Below, in pieces: positions 1 through 29,200 of a stretch of 64,000 nt of DNA. The DNA comes from Flaccisagitta enflata (Eukaryota): NCBI GenBank assembly GCA_965153355.1, contig OZ231126.1, positions 27,280,001 to 27,344,000 on the forward strand. Reading direction: 5' to 3'. Each line of letters opens with the position of its first letter. Position 1 is the stretch's first letter. The notes beneath the pieces are model-generated. The model saw nothing but the letters and a program-made list of their open reading frames with translations, ran no database searches and had not been told where the DNA came from. A program made the translations under genes and the position numbers.

Positions 1-1095
1 TCAACCATATCGGTTGAAAAATACCGAAGTTATCCACGTTTTTAACTTTTAGGCTGGTAGGGTAGTTAGGTGGTAGGCTGGTTTGGCCGGTTAGCATGCT
101 AAAACCTTTACAATTCAAATACATATGTTGAGTTCTTTCATTTAGTGACTACATACCGAGTTTCAACCAAATTGGTTGAAAAATGACTAAGTTGTGCACG
201 TTTTTCGCTTTTAGGCTGGTAGGCTGGTTGGGTGGTAGGCCGGTTTGGCCGGTTAACATGCTAAAATCTGTACAGATCAAATACATATGTTGAGTCCATC
301 CATTTAGAGACTACATACCAAGTTTCAACCAAATCGGTTGAAAAATGCCAGAGTTATGCATATTTTTCACTTTTAGGCTGGTAGGCTAGTTGGGTGGTAG
401 GCTGGTTTAACCGGTTAGCATGCTAAAATCTATACAATTCAAATACATATGTTGAGTCCTTCCATTTAGAGACTAGATACCAAGTTTCAACCAAATCGGT
501 TGAAAAATGCCGAAGTTATGCACATTTTTAACTTTTAGGCTGGTAGGCCAGTTGGGTGGTAGGCTGGTTTGGCCGGTTAGCATGCTAAAACCTTTACAAT
601 TCAAATACATATGTTGAGTTCTTTCATTTACAGACTACATACCGAGTTTCAACCAAATTGGTTGAAAAATGACGAAGTTGTGCACGTTTTTCGCTTTAAG
701 GCTGGTAGGCTGGTTGGGTGGTAGGCCGGTTTGGCCGGTTAACATGCTAAAATCTGTACAGATCAAATACATATGTTGAGTCCTTCCATCTAGAGACTAC
801 ATACCGAGTTTCAACCAAATCGGTTGAAAAATGCCGAAGTTATGCACGTTTTTCACTTTTAGGCTGGTAGGCTGGTTGGGCCGGTTGGGTGGGTCGGATC
901 ATGACATACGCATAGGATGTAAAGCGGCTTACCCTAGTACAACTTCCCTCCAAATATGAAGCAAATCGGTCAAGGCGTTCAAAAGTTAGCCCATTTTTAA
1001 AAGTGTGGACAACGACGACGACAACAACGACGACGACGACACCCACCCGCCTCGAATTATAGTCCGCGTCGGAATGGTATTCCGTCGCGGACAAT
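1..1095 (+). mobile_element. Helentron/DINE-like non-autonomous element with an internal 162-bp tandem array (5' part outside window)
   Basis: Motif tcaacc recurs at 1, 163, 325, 487, 649 and 811 (period 162). The array is followed by an (ACG)n tract and the hairpin gtccgcgtcggaat-ggt-attccgtcgcggac (1062-1092). The same family recurs at 60650-61370. The superfamily label is inference. Confidence 0.7.
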
Positions 1096-1531
1096 AAAAT
1101 TAAGTTACTTTAATAACTTCCTCCAGTTTAGACTCTTTTTCCACGAACCTCACTGAAAATAAACGTGATATGCCGATACCATCTCAGATACCCTGCGCTG
1201 TCACTGCCACACTCACTGTCGTGTAATTTACATCCATCAGGATGCTTGGAATTGGTGAAAACAACCCTATGCCATTGGCAATGGTGAAAATACCCCAATG
1301 TATTATTAATTTTACCATACCAGGCATCTTGATAGGCGTGGGGTGCATAGAACGGACCACAAATTTACAATTGCACATAGATTGTATTGTAGAACGATAT
1401 TCAAGTTCCTATATCATAAAATAAATATAATACTTTCTTCTCGATTTTACTCTCGTTTTTCTGCTGCTCGACTGTTGGCCATTGGTCTCATTGAAAAGGG
1501 ACCCCCAAACATAGTTTCCGTATCCCCCCAG

Positions 1532-4178
1532 GTGGCCGATGATCGCATGGCGCTCGTGACGTCTTCTTCCGCCGACGCGTTTGGAGACGTGGATTTTGGT
1601 AGCGGCAACTCTAAAAACTCTCGCCTTCCCCCCGAATGGTAAGACTAGACTAAACATACTACTAAGCTAGAGGTAGAGATACTGGTTCGAGAAATCACCG
1701 CCCACTTGTCTCGAAAACTGTCATTCATTACCATTCACACAGGGTCGACGGGGTGGAGGAAATCCAGTACGAGATCTCGCGCATAAAACAAAGAAGTAAG
1801 ACGCAATCTTTTCATTTCTATTGACGTCATTCGTCGTTCCATTGCAACCAAATGATTTCCCCTGTTTAGTAGCTTGCACGCATCTGTATAACCGGCTATG
1901 TCGGCCCGTCCGTCCGTGGGTCGGTTTTCCATTACTGCTCCTGCCCAAATGCCTTTTCATCACTACCCAAGCCTACCCGCTTTTGCTCCGCGCGTGACTG
2001 GATTTTCCTTTGCGCGCCACGATCATCCCATTTACAATCAAGGTCTCTTCTTTCTTTCTGTCATTAACAGCGAGGGAATTGTCCAGTCTTTACGATCGGC
2101 ACCTAAACCGACCCTCAATGGACGACGATGACGGGGAGGAGCGCAAAATTAAAGAATCTAGTCAACAACTAGCCCAGGTACGACCAGTGCAGCGGAATAC
2201 TCATAAATTTCAGCAGAGTCGGGTAAGATTATGGGCAATCCGCGCCTAATGCATTTTGCCAATCGACAGTCCAGGCTGATCATAGGTCCGGATAATTTAT
2301 TTTTGCCTAAGGCCATTTGGTGCGGTTTCTTGTATCGGATGTCTTCTCATGCATAATCAAGAAGCGCCAAACTCTCAAGAAACTGACAGATATCGCACTG
2401 ATTTTCTTTCCACGCGCAGATGTTTAATAACTGTCAAAGGCTGGTTCAACAAATCAATGCTAAATCGGCGCTTGGAACTGCCCAAGAGAGAAAGTTGACG
2501 CAAAACATTCTCTCTTCTTTGGCATCGCAACTTCAGGACCAGACTTCAGCATTCCGAGAGAAACAGGTGAAATCTCATGACGAGGCAGGATTCATAGTCA
2601 ATTACAGCCACGAACGGGGGTAGGGATGGTAACGCGCGAGCATCATGGACAAACAGATAGACGGACACAACCTCTTATAGCTGCGATATGAAGCGATTAA
2701 AAATAGCAATACAGCATGCAATGGAAATGACCAATGTGGCAAAGGAATTGTTATCACGACAACCTTGCAATCATCTTCCCGCATTCATCTTCCCGCATTT
2801 TCACATTTCCTGCCTCACCGCCCATTCCAGGTCGAGTACTCGAATCGTTGCGCGAGACGTGAAGCTAATTCCGGCCAACTCTTTGACATGACGATGATTC
2901 TGGAGCATGAGGCGGAGACGTCGTACGCCGATGGAATCTCTCCCGATCAGGTTTCAATTGTCCGATAGTCTCAAGATTCATCTCAGCCACTTCAAAGTGG
3001 TTCAAACACGCCACGTAAAAGCTGAAAACACATCATTCTAAAGAAAAACGTTACGTCAATGCTTACTGCTCGGGAAATGACTTGATCAAAAAACATAAAA
3101 CAATGGAATGCTGGTAAGAAAATGACTATCACTCAGCTAGCAACAAGACAAAAACTTGTCGTTCTCATCTTTTTAGGGTTTGACCACTTCCCAATTATTG
3201 ATGGTGGAGGAAAATAACGTCCAGGTCCGGCAAAGGGAGAAGGAAATTAACAAGCTGGTGCAAAGTATTACCGATCTCAATCTCATATTCAAAGATCTTG
3301 CCGGTATGGTCGCCGAACAAGGAACGGTCCTCGACAGGTGAGATGAAAATTTAAATTTAATCATAATCAGGGACGTAAATTAAAATAGTTTGAATGACAA
3401 ATAGGCAGGCACACGTGTATGATTTTCTTCAAGTCGACACTAACTAGTTCTTTCATTACTAAAAACACCTGTTTAGTGATTACTAATTATTGTCAAATTA
3501 TTGATCAAAGCATGATTTCAAAGCAGCGGCCCTGGCGATATAAAGCGCTGAAAAAACGAGAGGGGACAGACCGATATAAATTATGCATGGACATATACAA
3601 TACATATACATTCTTCCTGTGTTTTACCAGACTTCGTCCCCTTCTGGACAGCTGCACAAAAGCTAATCTTCTTGTAATGTTTACAATTATTAGACGACAG
3701 GTGTAAGAATAATGAACTCTTATTGATGATTGCCGATTGATAAAATAAACAAGGTCGGAACTAATTCGTGTGCCTGTTGGATTGCCCAATGAATTGATGA
3801 CGGACCCAATTGAACTCTTCAAAGAACCAGCCTAACAGTCATGACCTCAAATCTCTTGTATTGGCGCTGGAAAATCCGCAGTTACAAATCGGAGGTCTAT
3901 AATACATCCAAATCATTGTAGGGCTCTAAATATCTAACTGAAAGCCGTGTGGGCTTTCATTTGCTTCATTGACCTCACTAATGAGCCAGAACTTTTTCTC
4001 TTGCACACTCAGGATTGACTACAATATCGAAAAAAGTGCCACGAGCGTCGAAGTCGGTCTTCAAGAACTGCACAAAACGGAGAAGTATCAGAAGAAGAAC
4101 CGCAAAATGATGGTGATATTCGTTTTGACCGTTATCATTATTGTACTTTTGATATTACTGTTCATTTTGAAAACTTGA
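1532..4178 (+). CDS. STX16: Syntaxin-16 (Qa-SNARE); exons 1532-1638, 1743-1795, 2071-2177, 2420-2566, 2831-2950, 3177-3337, 4013-4178; N-terminal exon not in window
   Basis: GT-AG splicing gives VADDRMAL...[20 protein letters not shown]...HLNRPSMDD...[43 protein letters not shown]...[10 protein letters not shown] plus a C-terminal TM helix, matching syntaxin-16 motifs. Confidence 0.95.
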
Positions 4179-4605
4179 TAGGAAACAATTGCATTGTCAG
4201 CGAAAAAAAGCACTTGGCAATTTTTTTTGAACCAGTGAGAGCGAGAGAATTAGTTTACTATATTTTCCCTACAAACTCAGTTACCATTTATTATTAGTGA
4301 CTCGAGCGATAGCCACCCTGTTGGCACTCCAACAACGGAGTAGACGTTCAGGGCAACCTTAGAACAAATACGACATGAAAGTACCTAGTTTGATGTTTGA
4401 AAAAAAAAATAACACGAGACGACGAATAAAATTATCACCCTAAAAAAATTCATGGTGCGTATGTGAAATAAAGAGCATAAGGAACTACTAAAATTGGCCA
4501 CAGCATATTTGTTGCTCAGCAACAAAGCAAGGTAGTCTTCAAGACTTTTTTTCATTCATTCACTTGATTTGCGCTTTATTGGAGCTGGAGACTAGGGATA
4601 AGATC

Positions 4606-20103
<15,498 letters not shown>

Positions 20104-21546
20104 CGCGCCGGTTTATTCTATATCAAATTTGTTGAACACTATTTGTTTACACTAGGCGTAATTAAGGAATTTGCGCGCGTAGCCAACGTGAATGAATCAT
20201 TTGTCATTAATATCAATAACCTAATAGAGAAGCGTGATTCATGGAATAATTGCGTATCCTTCATTTAATGATGGAAATATATATAGAGACAGTCCTTACA
20301 CGTGAGAGATAATGTTAAACGTACGTTCGTTTCATTTTAATCCTTTTACGAGTCTACGGCTACCAGCAGTACCGGCTGCTAAAAACATGGATAGACAGAT
20401 ACTGAATCGTGTGGAAACGGTTAAATCCTTCATCTTTTTTGTCATTTGCTTTATTGCTTATTCCATATTGTAATTCCATGCTTTGGTACTTCGTCGTTAA
20501 TTATAAAATCGTTTTGAGGGTTTCCCATTATTGGATAAAATATGGACGACAAGAAAAAATAATATTAAAGTTATGACTAGACATTTTACGTGCTGAAGCA
20601 CTCCATTTTTTTACACAATGGGGAAAATAACTTTTGACACCACCTCATCCCCTTCATCCTGCCCTTTGCAACCCACTCCCCTCTCCTTAATTTCCTAGTC
20701 CCAACCTGTACTCGTGTATTATCGTAACAGGTATACCTAGAAGTAACGTTAGTCGATGTTCAACCCACCCCCACCCCTCCTTGGCTCCTGAAAATGCCCA
20801 AAATATGTGGCATGTATCAATTTTCATCATGAATCCTCGAAAAGAATTGGGACTAGAAAATGATAACTTTAATCGACAGAATTTGAGTCTTCCTTCACCT
20901 TAAATTTGTGGTTTAAAACAGGCCGCTCCGGGTTCAAGACAAAAACATTAATTGGGGGTGGTTTCCTTAACACCGAAGTGATACGAGTGTCAATTCTAGG
21001 ATAAAACACGTACACATTATTTACACATCTTTACAAATTTGTCAATCGAAGGATGAGAGAAATGAATAACCAATAAACCGAGGGGCACGAATTAGAGAGA
21101 GAGAGAAATCGTTCTTGTTCTGTACTGCAAGTAAGTCGCAAATTATGACAGATTAAATTACACTATGGCATACAAGGTGCATCGCTCGTGATTTCATGAA
21201 AAAAAGAGAAAATTCGAACAGTTTTTTTTGTTTTAAACGGAAACGATGTATAAGCTAGGACAGTTACAAGATTGCAGTAATCCCCAGAAATTCTCCCGCA
21301 ACTTTCATCGTATTAACTACAAATCTAACGGGGGAAAAGTTATGGCATTTTGTTTTATTCAAACCAAAACGAGACACATATAATTTCCAGTGATATATTT
21401 TTTTCACCCAAGAGCAACTGGAGATGACGAACAGCTTTGAAACCCTAAGTGAAAGCCAAAAAGAAGCCAAGAAGAAAGACGGTAAAAGGGGCGTTAGATT
21501 GGCGGCGCGGCGCTTGGATGTTGACGCCCAATTCGCGAGTGCCTCC

Positions 21547-22598
21547 TCAGCAACATCCTCCACCCTGTTTCCCGATGGGCGTGGATGTAGGGTCGATTTT
21601 GACACTTGGCTTGGGGTTGGAATCCGGGGCGGGTCCCATGCGGTTCTTGATTTCCGCCGCCATCGTCATAAATGCCTGTTAAAGTGACAAGGGGAAGATA
21701 GGAAAAAATGAGGAAGGTTCATTGATGTAACTTTACCTGAAACCACCCAAAGTTCCCTCACTAGCTCATAATGTAATTCGCCTTAAACCCCCCCCCATTT
21801 CAGCAAGTATTGGCCAAGGTAAATCAGCCAACCCCCCCCCTCACATCCCTTACTCGTCGGCGTAAATCAGCCTACCTGTTCCACGTTGGTTGCGTTCTTT
21901 GCAGAGGTTTCCAGGAAAGGAATGTTCAGTTGGTCCGCGAATTCTTTAGCCGTCGTGTAGTCAACAACCTATACGACAAAGCTACTAATCATCAACTCAT
22001 TTCTTAATAACTCTTTAGAAATCACTTTCAAGACCGCTTTTAATTTCGTAGGTGGGATAGAAACTAGTATTTTAACCACTTGTATTTGAACTATAAAACA
22101 GTACCGAAAGTGCTAGAAAAATCTTACCAGCCTACATCACTAATTCTAACAGTCGACAACACAGAGAACAGAAACGACGTCAACAACAAGCCGCAGAAAC
22201 AAGCGTCTGACCTTCTTCGTTGTTAAATCGCATTTGTTTCCAACCAAAAGCTTGTTGACGTTTTCGCTGGCGTATCGATCGATTTCCTGGAGCCATTGCT
22301 TGACGTTGTTGAAGGATTCCTGGTCGGTGACGTCGTAGACGACGATGATGCCGTGGGCGCCGCGATAGTACGAGGATGTGATGGTGCGGAAGCGCTCCTG
22401 GCCCGCCGTGTCCCAGATCTGCAACTTTATCGTTTTCCCGTCCAGTTCAATGGTGCGGATTTTGAAGTCGACGCCGATGGTGGAGATGTAAGACTCCGTG
22501 TAAGTGTCGTCGGCGAACCGGAGCAGCAAACAGGATTTGCCCACCCCTGAGTCTCCGATCAACAGCAATTTGAAAAGGTAATCGTATTCGGGATTCAT
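21547..22598 (-). CDS. RAB1: Ras-related protein Rab1, 202 aa; exons 22598-22212, 21968-21876, 21675-21547
   Basis: [60 protein letters not shown]. Confidence 0.98.
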
Positions 22599-23213
22599 GG
22601 TTACGAAGGAGGAGGAGGAGGAAGAGACAAAATTTGTTGTGTCTTGCGTTGAAATGTAAAGATTTTGGGTTCGTTGTTTGACACTTGGTGTGTTTTTTTA
22701 TTTCACTCTCGTTTGTCCGGATTGAGAAAGGGAAAGGAAAAGAATGACAGAGCTTTTTAAAAGTGCGCGAGTCTTTTCCGTTTTTCTTACTTTTAAGTAT
22801 AAATGGGGAAAGTGTAAAGAGTTTTTGTCTTTATATCAGGCTATCGGGACGATATAAATCATGGAGGCCACGCGCATGGAATAACTGAGTAAGAAGGAAA
22901 GGAAGTGGGTCAAAATAAAAACACATTCGTGGTATTTCATCATTACGCGTAATGAAGGGAATAATAGAAAACATTGAGCAAGCGGAACTCAACCTAGAAA
23001 GGAGCAGGTTGCTGTCCAGTTTCTAAAGCGCTCAGCGCCATGAAAGAAGACCTTAAAAGGGGTGGGTTGAAAACGCGTTCATAAACGCGCTTTTCCTGTC
23101 TTCCCTGGCATTAGGTCATGCCCAAATACAAAACTACGAGCACGGACCGCAACGAAACCAATGACACGAACATTCCACCCGGGCCAAATGATGTAATTAA
23201 TTGATATGAAACT

Positions 23214-26200
23214 ACGAAATAAATTGAGTGCTACGTTGGCTAGACTATATGAATCAGCTGCAGAAAAGGAGGAGTGAGTTAAGGCTTCGAATTCTCGATA
23301 ATGAGAGAGAAGGGAAGGGAAAAGAAGGAAGGGGAACAGAGGAGGAGCATTGACGATTGATCTTCGAGTAGAAGCGGGAGGACAGATATCTGATACTATT
23401 CTTTCGCACGACGACAACGCCACGACGGTGAAATCTTGCAATGAAATTTCGATTTCATATCCAGATTTAAGAACAAAATGACTGTAAAAGTTGTCAACGG
23501 AAGATTTTTATCTCTTGCGGTAGGAAATAAAACCGGGTCGAAAGCGGTTTAATTACGCTTAAGGAATTTCAATTTCATGACAAGTTACTTAAAACTAAAA
23601 CTAGTTCGGGTGTTGTGAGGATGATCGGAATAAGCAGACAGCTAGATCTAGACCATGTATGGCACTTCATAATATTCGCTAGGCAAGGCAAAGCTGGCCA
23701 AATTATCAATGACAGTAATTTACAAAGGTAAACAAACACCAGTTCGAGCCATTGATCAAATATCCAAGCTTGGAACTACGAAATTACCAAGCCATTTCAG
23801 ATTTCTCGTTTTTAACGGATACCAAGCTCGAGGCGGCGACGCGCTTGCGTGGCGGCGCGTTGTTATTCACTTCATACCCATCTTCCTCTTCTTTGATCTT
23901 GACTTTCATTGGTACGGGTCTCGGAAACGGATGAATGACGAGGAATTCTCCCGGTCTTAATCTTCCTCGTGGGCCGACGTCGAATTTGTGAGGCTCCCCC
24001 GGTGGACGAGGGCGGAACTGTTGGGGGTCTTTGGGCTTGTGCTTGAACGCCGGCCGTACCTCGACGACGACGCCTTCGATCGGATGGAATTGCTGCAAAA
24101 GTGACTTCTCAGCAGCGTCGTAGTTGGCGAACGTCAAGAAAGCGAAACCGCGAGCCTATTTCATGGTCAATTTCATGGTGGAGAGGGAGGGGAAGAAGAA
24201 GCGAAGAGCGTGTTTCATGACTACAGATATACAAAAAGATTTGTAGAAAGATAGATGGGAAAGATAGGAAAGCAGGCAGAATAGCAGACAGGAAGACAGG
24301 CAGAATAGCAGATAGGAAGACAGGCAGAATAGCAGATAGGAAGACAGGCAGAAAGGATGACAGGAAGACTGAAAGACAAGCTGATAGGCAGACAGGTAGA
24401 AAGGCAGATAGGCAGATAGGGAGACAGGCAAAAGCAGATAGGAAGACAGGCAAAGCAGATAGGAATATAGGCAGAAAGGCAGATAGAAAGAGAGGCAGAA
24501 AGGAAGATAGGACGACAGGCAGAATGGCAGATAGGAAGACAGGCAGATAGGAAGACAAGCAGAGAGGCATATAGGAAGACAGGCAGAATGGCAAAATGAA
24601 AGACAGGAAAACAAAAAGAAGAAAACCAGAAGAAAGGGATATACATGGATATAGGAAGACGCGTGAAATGCAGATGGGAAGACCGTCATTTTGGGATATG
24701 GGAAAACCGACAAAAAGGCTGAGAGGATGTCCAACAGAAAGACAAGTGATAGAAAAAGGAGACAAGAAGGGAGAAAAGAATTATGCGTATTACTAACTAC
24801 TCAATGCAATTTAAAACTACGCTTTCTCCAAAGACCTGATAAAGCTGGACCTTCTCCACTAATCCGTATGAGGAAAAGTAATCAACGATGGTTGCCTCGG
24901 AGAGATGAAAGATGCCACTTATCTGAACCCTTCCCATGTCGTATCGATCGTCGTCAAGCGAAACTGGCAATCGTCTGAGAAGTATATCCACGCCGTTGAT
25001 AGTCAAAACCCGGCCGACCATGCACCTATCCACGGCATCGACGTCCTCGAAAACCACGTTACCGCCACCACCTTCCGTGAATCTCAGCTTCTCCACGGGG
25101 CCGAAGTTACAAAAGGCCGTCCATATGTCGTCGTCCTCCACTATCTCTTTCCCAGAGGAGGAGGATGAGGAAGAGGAAGAGGCGAACTCGAAATGAACCG
25201 TACGATATTCCTCGATGACGATCTCCTGGACCCAAGGATTGACAGGGTCGTCGTCGCCTTCTTCCTCACAATTGGCGTCAGTTTTATCGATCTTGTAGTC
25301 GTTTACGTCGTCATCTTCGACGTCATCGCAAATCGTAATTTCCTCCGAAAGCAAACGGGCGTTTTCCACGGCTTTGACAAAGACCACATCTCCATCCTGT
25401 TGATCCTCGAATCCCGATGGTGGGGGTGGGGACGCGTTATCATCGAAATCCTCGACCGAAATGCCAAGACCGGCGATATCGTCTTCATGCTCAATAGAAA
25501 CCTTGGGGCCGACGTCGTCGTCAATCTTTAACGGCTTCTTTTTGTCTTTCCTCCTCATTTTCCTGCTGAAGGAGTCGTCGAGACACGCGGAACGACTTCG
25601 CTGACGTCTCGGTCGGGCATTGGGATTGGAAGGGGATCCGGACTTGGGAGGGACATCGGGAACTTTCGTTTCGCGTGATTTTCTGACGAGGGAACCGTCG
25701 GCACCAGCGCGCAATCGCCTTCTATCCGATCCTAGCACGGTACGCCAAAACGGATTACGAATTTGCTTGATTTGTGAATAAAAACTTTTACATAATAGTT
25801 TCCAAAGAATGTTTTAAACTATCAAAATTATAATAAAACTTTTGAATGATCAAATTCACTAAGCTTTACAGAGCAGAATAAGTCAATTTACCCCAGGCAA
25901 CCTATTTTACCCAATAACCCCCTACTCCAAATTGACCCTGAAAAATCCTTATCAAAAAAAAATTTGAAGCTATATGATTGAATTGATTTATAGATCCACT
26001 ACATAATCTTACACTAAATATATCTTTTGTAAATTTTATCTATTGTAAATCTTAAATCTATTGTAAATTTTGTACAGAGAGTGAGGAAAGTGGTGACTGA
26101 TCAAAATGAAAAATCAATCGTAAAAAAATAAAATTTGCTCTTTTTTGGGTAAAAACCCTCAAAGTCGAATTTTTTTCTCAATAGATTCTTTGGGCTAATA

Positions 26201-26283
26201 CAAGAAGATTGACACTAAGATTGTCCTTTTACTATAAAAAATGGCAAACATATAGCTATTTAAAGTTCTGGGGATACCCAGGG
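23214..26283 (+). repeat. ~3.07 kb segmental duplication, copy 1 (direct repeat of 56199-59284)
   Basis: Colinear, near-identical sequence from acgaaataaattgag to gggatacccaggg, with scattered substitutions and small indels. Confidence 0.97.
23784..25731 (-). pseudogene. 5'-truncated copy of the two-RRM RNA-binding gene (exons 25731-24836, 24155-23784; start exon absent)
   Basis: The frames remain open (..FCNFGPVEKLRF..; YFSSYGLVEKVQLYQ|ARGFAFLTF, RNP1), but the duplication ends before the ATG exon seen only at 59983. Confidence 0.7.
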
Positions 26284-29200
26284 CAAAGATCTGCTCGAAT
26301 CTCAGCGCATGGACAAGAAGCACTGCGTGTTGGAGCAAGAGATTCTCGGCCACAAGTCCCAAGTGGACTCGACTCTGGCCAACGGGGCCCAATTGGTGGC
26401 CGACAAACATTTCGCTTCCGACGACATCAACGCCAAATGCGATGACTTGAAGGCCGAATGGAAAGCGCTGGGAGATGCCACGAAGGACAGGAGGAAACTC
26501 ATCGATCTCAATCTTAACGTCCATCAGTTCTTCCACGACGCCGCGGAAGTTGAAGGTTTTGGATGGAGTGGAACGGACAGATGAATGAATATATTGGATG
26601 AATGAATGATTAAAATAGATAAATGAAGGTATGAATGAAATTGCATGAACGAAATGGATAGACGAATCAATTGACTGAATGAAATGGATAATGAGTGTAT
26701 GGATGAAATGGATCGGAATGGCATGGCATGAATGAAATTGGATATATGAATATATTTATGCTTATATTTGCGCCGAAGCATGAATGATTGCTCGATATGA
26801 CGGTAAGGCTTTGAGGAATGTCACGAGAAAAAGAAGTAATGAAAACCACGACAAATTTATACAACAACCATTTCTAACTCGCAATTGATCCACTCACGCA
26901 CAGGATGGATGTTGGAGAAAAAGACTTCTTTGCAAGGGCAGACTGATTGTGGGAAAGATCGAATGGCGACCCAACAGCTCCTCAACAGACATGAGGCCTT
27001 CGAGTTGGACCGCATCACTTACGAGAAGATGGCCGAAGGCGTCATAGACACCGGCAAAAACCTCATCGAAAGAAAACCCGCCGAAAGCCACCTCATCGCC
27101 AAAAAACAGGTAACCTGAAAATTTGGGAAGAAAGAGGAGTATCTTGAATCTTTTGTTTTACAAAGGTAGTTTACACAAACTGAAACGAACAGACCGATAG
27201 AACAAGGCCAAGTAGGCCAATAAGTTGCGACGTGCGGATCGTCGAACGACCGACCGACCGACCGACCGGCGGACACAGCCAGTTGTAGAGGTGCTTTGTC
27301 GCACCTAAAAAAAAATCCTGAAAAAGTCTGAATGCCGACCCCCCCCCCAAAAAAAACAAACAAACAAGGAGTATGATTTATCTCCAGTAGTTGATCTCAA
27401 CTTACTTGATCCTTCTAATAGGGCGAGTTGAAGAGCGCGTCGGAAAGCCTCGCTAAACTGTCATCCACGCGCGGCAAGATGCTGCGACAATACATGCAGT
27501 ATCACGAGTATATGGCTGAGACGACGGACTTTCTCGACTGGATCGCAGAGAAACATCAGTTGGCCTCGTCACAAGATATCGGACAGGTATAGGCAATTAT
27601 GGGAGGATGATCAACTCTGTTCATTGAATTTGCAAATTTCAATCGTTTATATTAGTAATTTGATTTATATGCCCGATATATTGAATATATCGTAAATAGG
27701 TCAGAAATTTACGATCTCATTTGTAGCTTCCATATGTTAAGTAAAACAAAATCCCTCACTATAATCAAACTGAAACAGATGGTAGAAGGCTTTATGAAAC
27801 CTCACTGACTCGTAAAGAGTCGTACCACTCCACTTGATTTGAAAAATATTCTTCCTGATTCTAACATACCAAGTTACACTTTTGATAAGTTGCATTTTGT
27901 TTGGCTTCAGGATTACGAACACTGCAAGTCTCTGTTCACGAAATTCGCCGATTTAAACAATTTAGTGGAAACCACTGGCCCAGCCAGATACGACAAGGCC
28001 GAGTCTCTGGCCAAGGAGATCGTCGAGGGCAATCCCAACATGAAACCGGAAGTGGACCAACGCCGAAGCGAGTTGACGGACAAATGGAACGGCCTCTTGG
28101 AGCAGTTGACAGACCGAGAAGCCGCTCTCAAAGCCGCTTTGGAAATCCACGCGTTCAACCGGGACGTGGACGACGCCGTCACGCGCATTCAAGAGAAGGA
28201 AACGGCCATGTCGACGGATCTGGGCAAAGACGTGTACACGGTGCAGATGCTACAACGAAAGCACGAAGGATACGAGAACGAGTTGGTGGCCTTGGAAGCG
28301 CAGTTGCAAATCGTCGTCGATGACGCGGAAAACCTCAAAGCGGCTTATCCGGGGGAGAATGCCAAACATATCGGGGAACAACAGGTGTGGGCGCGCGTGT
28401 TGGCGCGCATGTTTGCGCGTATGTGCGTGCATGACTGCGTGATTTTATGCTGGTTTGCACGCTTGAGTTTGTCTAATGTTGCGATCTTAGTCCTCATTAA
28501 TGAAGGCAATTTTTAGTTTCATTTTCCCCTTTTCTTCAGGCTTACGTCGTCCAACGATGGGAAATACTTCAAGAAAAAGTAACAACTCGAAGATCCGAGC
28601 TGATTATGGCCTACGACCTCCAACGATTACTCGCTGAGTGCAAAGTAAGTTTTTCAATTATAGATTCGCAAAACTAGCGTCACATGCATGTCCAATTTGA
28701 TTTTTTGAAAACTATGCCAGGGAGACCCAGTTTCAGCCCAGTTCACACGCGAAGGCTTATCTTAGTTCTTACCGAGACCTACAACAATCTCTTTAACCAA
28801 AAGTCTGGATACGCTGTTTTATGTTGTTACGGTTACGTAAGAATGCAGATGAATGACTGACTGCACCGGGACCACAAGCCACTGGCTTTCCTTTTCCGGT
28901 TGACTTGAACTTGAACTTAACAATTAATCTCTTGAACAATGAATCTTTTCCTGGAATCGGTTGTATTCTAAGACTATGCAAGGCTTGAGAGTTAGGGAGA
29001 CCCAGTTTCAACCCAGTTTACGCGTAAAGACTTATCTTGCCGAGAATAACAACAATGAATCTTTTCCTAAACTCGACTAATAGGACTTGACAAATTGGAT
29101 GTTCGAGACTGAGAAGCAGATGATGGTTGACATCGTGGCCAACGACGTTGACAGCGCCGTTCAAATCCACGAGACTCACACCAACGTCTGGCCAGAGATC

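Noticed and set aside
24109-24765. Hydrophobic 150-220 aa ORFs (also 57109-57710)
   Set aside because: They come from a ~24-bp intronic minisatellite (gcagataggaagacaggcagaata) in the RRM gene's intron.
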